A DNA stretch of 64,000 nucleotides from Octopus vulgaris (GCA_951406725.2 OX597822.1:29202001-29266000); one strand, 5' to 3'. Positions 13,045 to 28,077 are shown, counted from the stretch's first letter. Translations and numbers: made by a program. Notes: generated from the letters alone by a model not told the origin.

Positions 13045-13599
13045 TTAAATCGAATTATTTAGTGGCCCAGTGAAGATTTATAAACCATAGCAAAGATTCT
13101 CCATTTGAGCTTTCTGAAATGAACAACCACTCACAATTATTCTATGTAGAGAGTTGTCAGATAAATTCATCCATTTTTCTTTTCCTACTTAATATTGCAT
13201 CATCATATGTCTGAAAAGAGTTAAAATTTATTTAAATTTCAAGAACAAATAAACAAATGTAGAAGAAGAACAGAGCTACAAAAAGACCCCATAAAACACT
13301 ACAATAAAAATATTTTCATGTTATTTCAAATAGTACCAGAAAGGATTGAAATAGATGGAAGCGGGGGGGAATGAACAAATTTATCAGATTACTCAATGTA
13401 TATGGATGCACATTAGCACACCAAGGCAAAATATTTAGTAGCATTCTGAGTTCAAATTCTGCTGAGGTTGACTTCGCCTTTCATCCTTTCAGGGTTGATA
13501 AAATAAGTACCAGTTGAGCACTGGGGTCAATGTAAATTGGTGATCTTGTGCCAAAATTTGTAACCAATATGTATGGATGTACATACATATAAAAAAATA

Positions 13600-14035
13600 G
13601 GATCTTTTCGGTTTGAACGGCAGTTTTTTAAAATAATTTCCACGTAACTAAACACTTTTATACTTCGTTCACTGGTAGAATGTGTTTATAAAACATCTTT
13701 TTCTCTTGGCTTTATTGAGAAAATTTTATAGTTTGTAAGATATTTGTTGTTTTTTTTTCTTCAATTTCTGCAATTTCAACCGATCAATGACGTCTATTGA
13801 GGTGAAAACATTCTGTGCCGTATGAATATGTCCCTCGTTTAAGAAACAGATTGGGTTTATTTAGATTTGTGAAGAAAAAAAGATACCCTTCCCCCCATCC
13901 CTAACCTTAACCCTAACCCTAACCCTAACCCTAAAACAGATTGAAATGCAATAGATCGATACTAGGGTCATAATTATGGGTGACAATTTCATATAACACC
14001 GCTAGAAAAAACTGCATTTCAAACTGAAAAGATCC
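13600..14035. mobile_element. Second copy of the GG-ended, telomere-repeat MITE
   Basis: Same TIRs and body as 10727-11152; its own 8-bp TSD aaaaaata on both sides. Confidence 0.92.
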
Positions 14036-14356
14036 AAAAAATAATCGCACATACTTTTTTACTAAAGAGATGTAAACACCCATTACATGAGTAAGCATAT
14101 CCGCACATACACCAACATATATAAACATTCAATTCACTTAATGTTCACAAATCTCTGGAAGTATTTTGGTTTAACCAAAGAAACCTTGTTGCTTTGTTAG
14201 TGATCTGCTTGAATCTGGCAAAGGATTTAAATAAATAAAATCTCAAAGAAAAAACATACATACAAATATATGTACACACACACACACACACATATGTAGG
14301 TGTAAATAAATACATACATATACGTATACATGCATACATATATATATATATATGTT

Positions 14357-14394
<38 letters not shown>

Positions 14395-14676
14395 AACATA
14401 TATATTTATATATATATACACAGACATATATATTTATATATATATACACAAACATATATATATACAAACATATAAACATACATGTGTACATGTATATAAA
14501 TACAAACACATGTGTACCCACAATGGTTGTTAGTGACCAGCTTGAATCTTGCAAAGCACTGAAATAAAATTAACAGAAAAACATACATACATATGTACAT
14601 GTATGTATATGTATACACAAACACACACACATGTATATGTATATACATCATACATACATATATACACATATATATG

Positions 14677-14730
<54 letters not shown>

Positions 14731-15665
14731 CATACACATATATCTTACACAAATCTATATACATACAAATATATAAACATACATACATGCATACACAAAT
14801 TCATACATATATGCATACCCACATTGATACATAAATACATACGTATCCATTCATGCCTACATACATACAAACATACATATACACACTTATAAAAATAAAC
14901 ATACATATGTAAACATCAATTGCTAAAATGATACCAATTGCTAAACATAAGCGATAAGAATATCTCTAACATATGTTTGATGTGATGTTTTCACGATAAT
15001 ATTTCAATTTGATAAAACTCAGTTGTCAAAAACTTCCTATAACCAACATGGAGGTTTCTTTCTCTTCTTTTTTTTCTGGAATTTTCTTCCTCATCTTAAT
15101 TTACCAGTACAACATTTAAATGAATTTTTTTTTTTTTGCTCTTTGAAAAAAATCTTACATTTCGAAAGTAACTTATCTTGACTGGAACTTGAGTGATTGG
15201 TTTGATGCAACTGGTTAACTATATATATCGGAGACCCCCTTCAATCACAAATGACCATGGGATTGCACCTATATATATATATATATATCATCATCTTCAT
15301 TTAGCATCCGCTTTCCATGCTAGCATGGGTAGGACGGTTCAACTGGGGTCTGGGAAGCCAGAAGGCTGCACCAGGCCCGAGATTGCACAAGTCTGGGCAA
15401 AGTTGTTTATGGAAGACCAGCAGTTGCCCATGCATACCAGCCTCTCCTCTCCATGCCACCGATGTCATCCAAGGGAAAGGCAAAGGCCAATACAGCTTGG
15501 CACCTGTGACGTTGCAGCTCATTTCCACAGCTGAGTGAACTGGAGCAATGTGAAATAAAGTGTCTTGCTCAAGAACACAACATGCAGCCTGGTCCGGGAT
15601 TCAAACTCCCAACCTCACAGTCGTAAGTTCACCGCTCTAATGACTGAGCCATGCGCCTTCACTAC

Positions 15666-15707
<42 letters not shown>

Positions 15708-15712
<5 letters not shown>

Positions 15713-16110
15713 TCATCATCTTCGTTTAGCATCCGCTTTCCATGCTAGCATGGGTTGGACGGTTCAACTGGGGTCTGGGAAGCCAGAAGGCTGCACCAGG
15801 CCCAGTCTGATCTGGCAATGTTTCTATGGCTGGATGCCCTTCCTAACACCAACCACTCCGTGAGTGTAGTGGGTGCTTTTTACGTGCTACCGGCACAGGA
15901 GCCAGGCGAGGCTGGCAAACGGCCACGAACGGATGGTGCTTTTTATGTGCCACCGGCACAGGGGCCAGACGAGGCTGGCAATGGCCACAATCGGATGGCG
16001 CTTTTTACGTGCCACCGGCACGAGGCCAGCCGGGACGGCGCTGGCAACGGCCATGTTCGGATGGTTCTCTTACGTACCACCGGCACTGGTATCACAGCTG
16101 CAATTTTCAT
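15708..16110 (-). mobile_element. Repeat family C ((GAT)n-tailed SINE/LINE-end-like) with internal ~59-bp tandem units
   Basis: (cat)n then ccgctttccatgctagcatgggttggacgg; repeated ggatggtgctttttacgtgccaccggcac-like units. Other copies at about 25885, 27072, 28045, 34680, 45638(+), 53975, 57190, 62780(+), 63060. Confidence 0.8.
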
Positions 16111-16443
16111 TATCATATATATATATATATATATATAAGGACTTTTTGGTTATCTCACCCCCATTAAAGAATTGCTATTAATAAACTAGGTTATCTCCCC
16201 ACTAAAATACTGACTTTATGTGGTAACAAGAGATTGAATTAAAAATGTTAGATCCTTTTGATTCAATACTTCAACACATTGTTGACTTTTGGCCTCCTCA
16301 AAAGGCATGGTATGATTTGTTATAAAAATGTTATTAGATTCAATAAGATGTTTAATTTTTTCAGTTTTCATGTTTATTAATTTTTTTTAGTTTTGTGTGA
16401 TTTGTTATAAAAATACTATTAGATTCAATAATAAGATGTTTAA

Positions 16444-16642
16444 CCTTTTCGTTACCATATTTTTTTGAGATGCTCTGTGTTGCTTTCAACAAAGAATTTA
16501 GTAAAATAACTTAGTTATCATTAAGCTGGCATTAGGAACATAAATTGTAGCTAAGGTTTGGTGAAAGATTTTAATCCAGAGCATTTGAAAACAAGACATT
16601 TTTACTACAGAGGCGGTTTCAGCTGGGTTGGTATCAAAAGGG
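16444..16642 (-). mobile_element. piggyBac-type MITE, reverse orientation
   Basis: TTAA at 16440-16443 and 16643-16646; reverse complement of the 12342 family. Confidence 0.85.
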
Positions 16643-16845
16643 TTAATCTTTTTGCTTCTCATGTTTATTAATTAAAATTTTTTTTTGTTTTATTGAGGGT
16701 TAAACAATTTTTTTACTCCTACTAAATGTGTTGAGCGCCATTTTTTTCATTTGTCCACTCACACATATATATACATACATACATACACACATACATATAT
16801 ATGTATACATGATACATATAGACATATATCAATATACATACATAG

Positions 16846-16937
<92 letters not shown>

Positions 16938-17521
16938 GCTTGTGTGTGTATATTGGCAAAAATTATTCAGTTATTTTTACAATAGCCTTTTCTTAGTTGA
17001 GTAGGAAATTGCTTGGAACCATAGAATCATGGAAACACCCACTAACTTAATGATGTTAAATGCTCCCTTCATTCCAGCCACTCCAATTTACACGCATGCA
17101 CACACACACACACACATCCTGGGGTACACCTATATGCACACAAATCTAAATGCTTCCCTTGTCTCTTATCTCCATAGGGTCAAATTAAAGAGAGGAATTT
17201 ATCAGCCGTTCTGTTGGTGCTAAAGGCAGCTATGTAATACAAGATTATAAGTTACGGGTTAGGTTTGTAATAAATACACCTTCCTGATTCCTGGGTGTGT
17301 CTTCAGAGCTTAGAGCATCTTAGAAACTAAAACATAGATTGACCCAACCGACCTAACAACCAACAAACTGACTGACCAACCTGCCAACCAACCAACCAAC
17401 CAACCAGCCAGCAAACTAACCAACCAGCAAATTACTAAAAGACTGCTGTAACTGAATTTGGGAGGGTCACGCATATTTATTCCCTTTTAGCACCTCACAC
17501 CTCAAACATTGGGTGCTTTAA

Positions 17522-17743
17522 CCCTTTTGATACCAACTTGGCTGAAACCGCCTCTGGTGCTGTAGTAAAAATGTCTTGTTTCCAAAAGTTTTGAATTAAA
17601 ATCTTCCACCAAACATTAGTCACAATTTATGTTCCTAACACCAGCTTAATGATAACTAAGTTATTTTACTAAATTCTTTGTTGTATTTAAAATTAATTGA
17701 AAGAAACACAGAATATCTCAAAATAAATACGGTAATGAAAGGG
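17522..17743 (+). mobile_element. piggyBac-type MITE
   Basis: TTAA-ccctttt…gaaaggg-TTAA. Confidence 0.88.
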
Positions 17744-17861
17744 TTAAAATAGATTCACGTTCTATATAACTTTGTTTTTTTTATGTTCTCTATTTTGTCA
17801 AAGAATCTAGAATTTACATCATTGATGACAACTGGTTTTAACATTTTATTTAATATCAATC

Positions 17862-18265
17862 GAGTTCACATTCCACCTAGGTAGACTTTGCCTTTCATCC
17901 CTTTTGGAGTTGATGAAATAAGTACCAGTTAAACCCTAGGTTTCATATAATCAAATAACTCCACCCACCAAAAAATTTTCAGGCTTTGTGCCTATTGTAG
18001 AAAGGATTATTATTATCAAGAAGATGGAAAGCGGCGAGCTGGCAGAAACGTTAGCATGCCAGGCAAAATGCTTAGTGGTATTTCGTCTGCTGTTACGTTC
18101 TGAGTTCACATTCCACCTAGGTTGACTTTGCCTTTCATCCCTTTTGGAGTCAATGAAATAAGTACCAGTTAAACCCTAGGTTCCATGTAATCAAATAACT
18201 CCACCCACCAAAAAATTTTCAGGCTTTGTGCCTATTGTAGAAAGGATTATTATTATCAAGAAGAT
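17862..18265 (+). repeat. Direct duplication of ~163 bp (SINE B 3' part plus flank)
   Basis: gagttcacattccacctagg…attatcaagaagat at about 17862-18024 and 18103-18265. Confidence 0.85.
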
Positions 18266-18389
18266 ATGCACACACACAGACCTATGTGCACACACATACC
18301 CACACATACACACACATACCTCCTTCTCTTGCACTCTCCTGTCTTTGAAACAACTTTTCTTCCCCCATTCCTTTCCTGTCATTTCAATA

Positions 18390-18590
18390 TGTGACCGCGT
18401 GTGTATCGTTGGCGATTTTCTTTCTCTGTCTTCCCTTCTTTGAACTTTTTCTATATTTCTGATGAAGAACTCCGGTCGAAACATGAAATCCTTTTTCTTT
18501 TCTTTCCTTACCTGAGTGTCCAGTAACACTGTACTTATTCCATGTCCTCGCCTTGTTTTCTTGCTTGTTCATGTTTGGATTAACTATATA
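18390..18590 (+). mobile_element. Penelope-like pLTR-type short element with decayed hammerhead core
   Basis: ctgatga at 18459-18465, gaaa at 18478-18481; ends in catgtttggattaac(ta)n; same family as 37555-37930. Confidence 0.65.
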
Positions 18591-19698
18591 TCTATCTATA
18601 TATATATATATATAAATAATAAGAATAAATGTTTTTATATATAATGAACGTGAAATACAGGAAGGGACGAACACGGAACACAGACAAATCATTCGAAGCC
18701 TTCAATCTTCAGTCAGACACCGAATCATCATAGCAAATTTCGGCTGTTCAATTCTGATATTTGCTCCAACTCGCCAGCCCCAAGAAAAAAACTAAGCTGT
18801 AAGCATTAGATTTCTTGGTAGAAGACAGGAATGTGAACGCACAAGACGGATGTAACTACAAGAGACGAAAACGAAATTGAAAACAGTAATGAATAAACAA
18901 AATATATATAATTCCGACTTTGACCAAATGAGACAAAAACAACCTGCAGCTGCCTTGTTGTTTTTTCTTTCTTGTTCATGTTTGGATTAACTATATATAT
19001 ATATATATATATATCTGTTTATTGCCTTGTGTTCTTTTCTGTTGAAGAGCATAGGCTCAAAATGTAAAAGACTTTCTCACTGTCTTGAATGTCAAACTAA
19101 TACACCTGCTTGTTATTTATACACCTGTCTTCACCTTTTGCTTTTCTGTAAATCTCAACTATATACACACACACACACATATCTTTTAATCTTCATTTTC
19201 TACACTGGTAAAGGCTGGATGGTTTGACAGGATCTGATGAGCAGGAGGACTATGATGAGATCCAGCGTCTGCTTTGTATGTGTATATGTGTATACATAGG
19301 TGTGTATGTGTGTGCGTCTTTGTGTTTGTGTTTGTCACCCCACTGCTTCACAACCAGTATTGAGTTGTATACATCCCTATAACTTAGCAGTTCAACAAAA
19401 GATTCTGATAGAATAAGTACTGGGCTGATTTGTTCCACTAACACTACAAGATATTGCTCCAGTATGGCAGCAGTGCAATGACCGAAACAAAGGAAAGAGT
19501 TAGAGAGTCACATTTAATTGCTCAACTGACACTACAAGGCAGTACTGTAGTCCTCCAGCATGGCCACAGTCCAACAACTGAAATTATTGAAATACTAATT
19601 ATTCTTCACCATTTTATCATTTTTCAGTTGATGGGAAACAACACCAATAAAAGAAACAGTCCCAATTCTCTGAAAAACAAAAAAAACATACATATATA

Positions 19699-20196
<498 letters not shown>

Positions 20197-20518
20197 TATA
20201 CACACACACACACACAAAAAAAAAATACACCCCAAAATGTACTCATTCACTCTTATTATTCATTCTTCATTTTATTTTGTTTGTTTTTTGTTGTTGTTTA
20301 TTTATATACATATTTTTTTTCATCAGTTCATTGATGAAAAGATGTACAGCATTAAGACCTAAAAGGTTTACACTCTACACACATGTTCAGTTAATTTCTC
20401 TATAAACAAAAGTGTTGCAATGATATTAGTGTCATAAATTGTAACTAACACAGTAAATAATATCATAGCTATTGTGTTTTATAAACACACACACACACAT
20501 GCACACATACACACACAT

Positions 20519-20559
<41 letters not shown>

Positions 20560-20805
20560 CACAAACACCCACACACATATATACACTATTATACAATTAC
20601 CAAAGCTAGCTTACTGGTGGCTGGCTTTGAAGAATTGGTTATATTTGGTATTCTGTTAGTGGTGCATCGTTTTGTCTGAGACACTATCAATAGTAACAGT
20701 CCATCTGTTTGTAAATAGATACAACAACAATGTTGTTGGGAGAGACAGGGTTTTATTGAGCTAAACAGCTGGAAGCATTGTAAATTGTTGTTGTTGATAT
20801 TATTA

Positions 20806-20870
<65 letters not shown>

Positions 20871-21229
20871 GAGTGAGAGAGCAGCACATGCCATCAAGTG
20901 ACACTGGGGTATAAATATAAGAAGCCCAGTATACCCATCATGACTACCCGTCTGATAAGGGTACATCAGACACATGCATCATAAACATATGTGCACGACA
21001 TGGTGATCTCATATCAAGATAAACAGCACATGACCTTGCAGATGGGGCCCAGTTAGAATTGCCTTTAGGTTGAGTAGCACATCCCACTCAAAGATTTTTG
21101 AATGAGGCTTGTTGAAGGATGTTCAATGAAACATCCATGTTTCCAAAAGATGAATTATTCAAATGCCAAAGAATTCCTCTCAATACATAGCTATGATACT
21201 CCCCCACTTCTTCTGCTCATTAGCAGTGC

Positions 21230-22909
21230 TATTCCAAAAATCCTTAGATCTTGAAGTAAAGGCAATCTTCTTGGACCTGGCAGCAGATTGAATAGTAGTG
21301 AAGGTGGCACCCTTAGACTAGTGGTTGTCTATGCCCTGACAGTGGCTGTAAGGTCAGAACTCTTCAGGCATCTAGAAACATTCCTGGGAATGTCTTGCAT
21401 TTCAGTACTAGTAGGGGACTGGAATGGGATTTTGGATGCATGGAAGGACAGAAGTGGGTACAAAAGCCTCGAAAACCTACTTAGAGACTTCCAATTGTCT
21501 GGTAGATATCAACTAGATTTCCCTGATGTACCAGTGCGGACATGAAGCAACCACAATGGGTCATCCAGATTGTTTCTAGATAGAGTATTTGTTAGGTCAG
21601 AGGATAGGGATAATGTAGGTTGTTCACAGTTTATATTGATTGGCTACACAGACCACAAGTTTGTGATCTGGACAGTTGAATCAGATAGAACCTGTAGACA
21701 GGGACCTGATTACTGGAAGTTAAAAGCATCTTTTCTGGCATGCAAAAACTACAGGGACCAGACTAGTTAAGTGGCAGTTGATGGGGGGAAATCGCCAACA
21801 ACTGATGATGGGCCACCCTGAAGAGGGTGATTAGAGCAGAATCGGTAGTGTTTAGCAAAGAGTTAGTGATAGAAAGGAATAGATTAGTGGGTGACCTAGT
21901 TAGCAAATTAGAAGATGCAATTAAAAAGAGTATGGCAGGCGATGTGTTAGCAGCAAGAATGATCCTTGACCATTTCTTTGAAGTTAAACACAAGGGTTGC
22001 ATTGTCAGAGCTAAGGCCCATGTGCTCAAACAAGAAGGAACTAAAGCAGCCCAAAGGGCCCGAATAGTGGAGATGTGATGCGGAAACAAAATCACTATCA
22101 GGTCTTTGACAGATTGGGATGGGCACATGCTACACGGATCTGAGTAGATCTGTGCAACTTTTCAGCAGCACTTTGTACAGCTGTTTGTAGAGGGTGATGG
22201 GTCGATGATGGTACTGGACTTTAGTTTGTATCTGGACGGTTTGCCATGGCTCTCAGTGGCTGATGTGAGGTTATGTGAAAGGACAATAACAACCACCAAA
22301 ATTTGGAAGGCAATGAGCAATTTCACAAGTCACAGATTGCCCGGTTTGGATGGTCTGCTCTATGAATTCTATGAATTCATGCCAGATTTCTTTGGTGACC
22401 TCTTGGCAGACATCTACTGCAACTGACAAAAGAACAGGAGAATTCCTAGAACTGTTAGCAGAGGTGTGGTGATACTGCTGAGGAAGGATGCCAACAATAG
22501 GGATGTACTAGATAATTTTTGGCCCATAACTCTGTTAAATACAGAGTTTAAGATTTTGGCCAAGGTTTTAGTAAAAAGGCTGGTGCTTGTTGTCAGTAGC
22601 ATGGTCAGAGAAGCGCAAATGTGTGCAATCCTGAACAGGTGTATCTGTGACAACCTCCACCTTATGCTATACATCATAGAGAGGGCTGGGACCAAAGCTA
22701 GTTTTGTGGGTGCTCTGATCAATTTGGATCAATCAAAAGTATTCGATAGGGTTGAACATCGCTACTTGGAAGCCGTCCTGAAAGCGGATGATTTCAGATC
22801 CATTTTCACAGGCTGGATCGCTGCAATGCACAGTGGCACCTATTCAGTGGTCAAAGTAGATGGCTACTTATTGGAGCCATTTGGCATCACATACTTGGTC
22901 TTGCAATAG
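21230..22909 (+). pseudogene. Tx1/L1-clade LINE ORF2 relic (APE endonuclease C-terminal half, linker, RT N-terminal half)
   Basis: VLVGDWNGILD, LDRVFV…TDHK, GPDYWKL, LPGLDGLLYEFY, NFWPITLLNTEFKILAK, NLDQSKVFDRVEH; many stops. Confidence 0.9.
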
Positions 22910-24935
22910 AGTACCACTACTATTGTTGTTGTTGTTGTTGTCTGCTTCTTCTTCTTCTTCTTCTCCTCCTCCTCCTCCTCTCCTCCTCCTCCTCATTCTC
23001 CTCCTTCTTCTTCTTCTTCTTCTTCTTCTTCTTCTTCTTCTTCTTCCAATCAGGACTCACACCATTAGCCACAAAGAATAATCTCTAATTTGAGCCTACT
23101 CTAAGCTACTAAGAATGCGTGTGGCAACTTGAAGATCCACCCACCACACGCGATAGACTGGCGGTTGCACGGGCGCGAAAGCTATGTTGTTATCCTCATT
23201 CCATAAATGGTGGCTTTTAACGGGTGGAGAGCTGAACCATCCTGGGTTACAGAGGATTCGCAATCTAGACTAGGGTCTGAAAGTTTACCACACCATAGTG
23301 GGTTACACCATGGTTCCTCTACTTTGTAACAGAAGTAGGAAGAGAAAGTTATGGTGAAAGAGTACAGTAGGGTTCATCTCCCCTCCCTGCTGGAGCCTCG
23401 TGGTGCTTAGGTGTTTTTACTCAATAAACACTCACAATGCCCGGTCTGGGAATTGAAACCACGTTCTTATGACTGCGAGTCCACTGCCCTAACCACTGGG
23501 CCATTGCACCTCCACTGTGTTGTTGTTGTTGGTGGTGGTGATGGTGATGATGGTGGTGGTGGCGATGTTGTCATTTTGTTTTGTGTGTGTTTCTTCTGTG
23601 CAAATGCAAAGTTTGAAACTGTTTGTTTTGTAATTACATTGTTTAAGTTACCTTTTTTAGATATGTTTTTTATGCTTGGCAATAATCGAGGCCACTGCTA
23701 CCACCATTGTAGTGAGCACCTCTTCCTTCTACTTCTGTGACAGCCATTTTGCACCATGAGTAAATATTGTATGCAATTAGCCCATAGCGGAAATATTTAC
23801 AATTAAAAGACAATATTTTTATAAACCATTTATTTCTCATCCAAAGTAAAGTGGTAGATAATCAAATATACCAAAAAACCCTTCAGTGGCAAACTGAACT
23901 AAGAAAAGAAAAACTGTTTTCATTAAATAATCCAGTTAAAAGAGGTTTATTAGTGACAGTTATTCGTTTGAACATTCAATAATAATAACAATAATATTTT
24001 CTACTATATGTACAAGGCCTGGAATTTGGTGGGGAGGAGGCCAATTGATTACATTTACCTCACTACACAACTGGTATTTTTTTTATCAATCCTGAAAAAA
24101 AGAAATGCAAAGTCGGCCTGGAGAGAATTTGAACTCAGAACCCAAAGACAGATGAAATACTGCTAAGCATTTTGTCTGGCTTGCTAATGATGCCATCAGA
24201 TTGCTGCCTTGATAATTATTATCAAATGAGGCAGTGAGATGGCAGAATTGTTAGCATACCAGACAAAATTTTTATTTCATCTGTCTTTACATTTTGAGTT
24301 CAAATTCGGCTGAGATCAATTTTGGGGTCAATAAAATAAGTACTGATTGAGCACTGGGGTCAAAGTATTCGAGTAGCCCTCTCCTCAAAATTTCAGGCTT
24401 TGAGGTGATAATAGAAAGGATCATCATCATCATCATGATCATAGTCATCGTCGTCGTTGTCGTCATCATCATCATCATATTCATCATCGTCATCATCGTC
24501 GTCATTGTCATCATCGTCATCATCATCATCATCATTGTCATCATCATCATTAATAAGGTGGTGAGTGTGGTGAATTGACAGAATCATTAGAGACTCAGAC
24601 AAAATGCTTTGTGGTATTTATTCCACCTCTTTAAGTGCTGAGTTCAAATTCCATCGAGGTCAATTTCTCTTTCATCCCTCTGGGGTCGATAAAGCAAAGC
24701 ACCAGTCAAGTACTGAGGTCGATGGCATCAACTAATCCACTTCTTCAAGATTTCAGGCCTTTGTGCGTATGTCAAAAACAATTATTGTTTTTAGTAGTAG
24801 TAGAAGTAGTAGTAGTGGTGGTGGTGGTGGTGGTGGTGGTGGAGGAGGTGGTGGTGGTGGTGGTGGTGGTGGTGGTGGTGGTGGTGGTGGTGGTGGTGGT
24901 GGTGGTGGTGGTGGTGGTGGTGGTGGTGGTAGTAA

Positions 24936-24972
<37 letters not shown>

Positions 24973-26634
24973 TCTCTGTGAAGTGCATGCGGCATTTGGT
25001 AAATGCATGAAGCCGGAATGTAATTCAATACCCGACTTTTTAAGAGCTGATTTCCTTTAGAACTGCCACCATCTTTCTGTTGTTTCTTCCTGTCTTGTAA
25101 ATAGAAGGAAATAAAAGAGAAGTTGATGGTTTAAGAATTTAATCATCTTTAATATTTTATATTTATAATGGCTTGAAGCAAGTTGTTTTAGTATACCTCC
25201 AGGTCAGTTTTGATCATCAAAACCTATGAACAAAAGCATTTTAGCTGGAATATGCTGCCTTTTTCTGTTTATTTTTTTCTTTAGTTTAGTGTATCTTGGA
25301 CTATATTATCCAATGTTTTCTTAATTTTTTGTAAAAAAAAATTAAAATAAAAACTATAGGATATAATTAGAGAGAAATTTAGCTACTATTTCTAGCAAGC
25401 CATGAGTCTTTGTAAAGACTTCCTGGTTGGTTTGGTTTGCTAGCTGTGAATTAGCAAGTGTGGTATTATGCTGTATGGTTTTATGCAAGGCCCTACTGTA
25501 TTGGGAAGGAGGGAAGGAGGTCTGTGAGGGCTGAAAAACAGGTGGACAAATTGCCATGTTTAATAATATTGATTTCGAATTTCAGCACAAGGCCAGCAAG
25601 TTTGGAGGAGGAGATAAGGTGATTACATTGAACCCCAGTGTTTGACTGGTACTTATTTTATCGATCCCCAAAGAATGAAAGGTAAAGTCAATCTTGGCGG
25701 CATTTTAACTCTGGACATGACGATGGGCAAAATACTGTCAAGCATTTCCTCTGGTGTGCTAATGGTGCTGCCAGCTCCTCCTCACCACCACCACCACCAC
25801 CACCACATCATCATCACCACCACCACCACCACCACCACCACCACCACATCATCATCATCACCACCACCACCATCACCATCATCATTTAATGTCTGCTTCA
25901 CAGGATGGCATTGGTCAGACAGTTTGACTAGAAACTGGAAAGCTGGAGAGCTGCACCAGGTTCCTGTCTTATTTGGCATGGTTTCTATGGCTGGATGCCC
26001 TTCCTAACACCAACCACTCCAAGAGTGTGATGGGTGCTTTTTACATGCCACTGGCACAAGTGCCAGTTATGTGACACTAGCAGCAGCTTGACGAGTTTTC
26101 CCAAGTACAGCCAAATGTCTCATTCACTTATCACCTCCATGAAGCCCAATGTTTGAAGGGTGCTTTTTACGTGCCACTGGCACGGGTACCTGTTATGTGA
26201 CACCAGCATTGGCCATGAATATAGTTTCACTTGACTTCACAGGTCTTCTCAAGCACAGCATATCCCCAAAGCTCTCAGTCACTTGTCATTGCTTCACCAC
26301 CTTGTCCTAGGTCTTCCTGGGTCTACCTCTTCGACAGGTTCCAACCACAGTTAGAAATTGGCACTTTTTGACACAGCTGTCCTTGTCCATATGCCTTGTA
26401 CCTATGGTAGAAAATATTATTGTTATTATTATTGAATGATCAAACAAATAACTATCACTGACAAACCTCTTTTAACTGGATTATTTTCCTGTAAACAGTT
26501 TTTCTTTCCTTGGTTCAGTTTGTCACTGAAGGGTTTTAGAATATTTGACTATCTACCCTATTACTTAAAAACAGGGTATTGAATTACATTCCGGCTTCAT
26601 ACTTTTACCAAATGCTGCATGCACTTCACAGAGA

Positions 26635-26708
<74 letters not shown>

Positions 26709-28043
26709 CACCACCACCACCACCACCACCACCACCACTACCACTACTACTAAAAACATCTCTCTTGCACACCTCATCTGATGTCTCTTATGCCCAGATT
26801 TTCTCTTAAGATGCTTACATTCTGTCATACATGTACACTGACATGTTTAATAATATGGATTTCAAATTTTGGTACAAGGCCAGCAAGTTGGGGAGGGGAG
26901 ATAGGGGAATTACATTGACCTCAGTATTTAACTGGTACTTATTTTATTGACCCTGAAAGGACGAAAGGCAAAGTCGACTTCAGTGGAATTTGAACTCGGT
27001 GTGTAAAGACAGGCAATGTGCAGCTAAGCATTTCACCTGGCATTCTTATGATTCTGCCAGCTTGCCACCTGGTCATCATCATCATCATCATTTAGCGTCC
27101 GCTTTCCATGCTAGCATGGGTTGGACGGTTCAACTGGGGTCTGGGAAGCCAGAAGGCTGCTCCAGGCCCAGTCTGATCTGGCAATGTTTCTACGGCTGGA
27201 TGCCCTTCCTAACGCCAACCACTCCGTGAGTGTAGTGGGTGTTTTTTACGTGCCACCAGCACAGGTGCCAGATGGGGCTGGCAAACAGCCACGGTCGGAT
27301 GGTGCTCTTTACGTGCCACCGGCACGGGGGCCAGGCAAGGCTAGCAACGGCCACAATCAGATGGTGCTTTTCACGTGCCACCAGCACGGGGGCCAGGCGA
27401 GGCTGGCAACGGCCACGATTGGATGGTGCTTTTTACGTGCCAGATAATATTAAGATGGTTTCAAACCGTTTACCCTTTTGTTACCATTTTTTTGTCAAAA
27501 TACACTAAGTTTGTTTCAATTAATTGTAGTTGGGAAGCAAGCTTCTTACCATACAGTCATGTCTGCACCTACTCATACAGCCGTGCCTACATTCAATTTT
27601 TTTTAAATATCAGAATCCGAAAAAGGAGATTGCAGGTGAGAAGAAATGTTAACCACACAAATGAAAGATCTAATATGACTAAAGCAAATTAATTACTTTC
27701 ATTAATTGTCTTAACCATTTTGTTAGCATATTTCTATTAAAATACATTATTTTTCTTTCAAGTAACATTGAAAATAATAAAGAATATAGGGAAATAACTT
27801 CGTCATTTTTAAGCTATTGTTTGGAACATAAATTGATTTGAAATTTTGACCCAAGGCTAGCAATTTCGAAGAAGCAGGTAAGCCAATTACATCGACCGCC
27901 ATGCTTATTTTATTGACCCCAGAAGGGATGAAAGGCAAAGTTGACCTTAGTGGAATTTGAACTCAGAATGTGAAGATGGATGAAATATTGGTAAGTATTT
28001 TGCATGGCATGCTAATTAATGATTCTGCTAGCTCACCACTTCA

Positions 28044-28077
<34 letters not shown>

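Noticed and set aside
13898-13934. (CCCTAA)n as a telomere or chromosome-fusion relic
   Set aside because: It lies inside a MITE with TIRs and TSD and is present in both copies.
14145-14892. Many overlapping Y/I/H/T/V/C-rich ORFs (also at 4087, 24287-25060, 29078-29508, 43505, 45396, 48711-49603, 55793-56380, 60364)
   Set aside because: Stop-free translations of di-, tri- and tetranucleotide microsatellites.
15860-16090. Regularly spaced ~59-bp repeats resembling a CRISPR array (also 27240-27440)
   Set aside because: The intervening segments resemble each other, the array is internal to a dispersed repeat, there are no cas genes and the context is eukaryotic.
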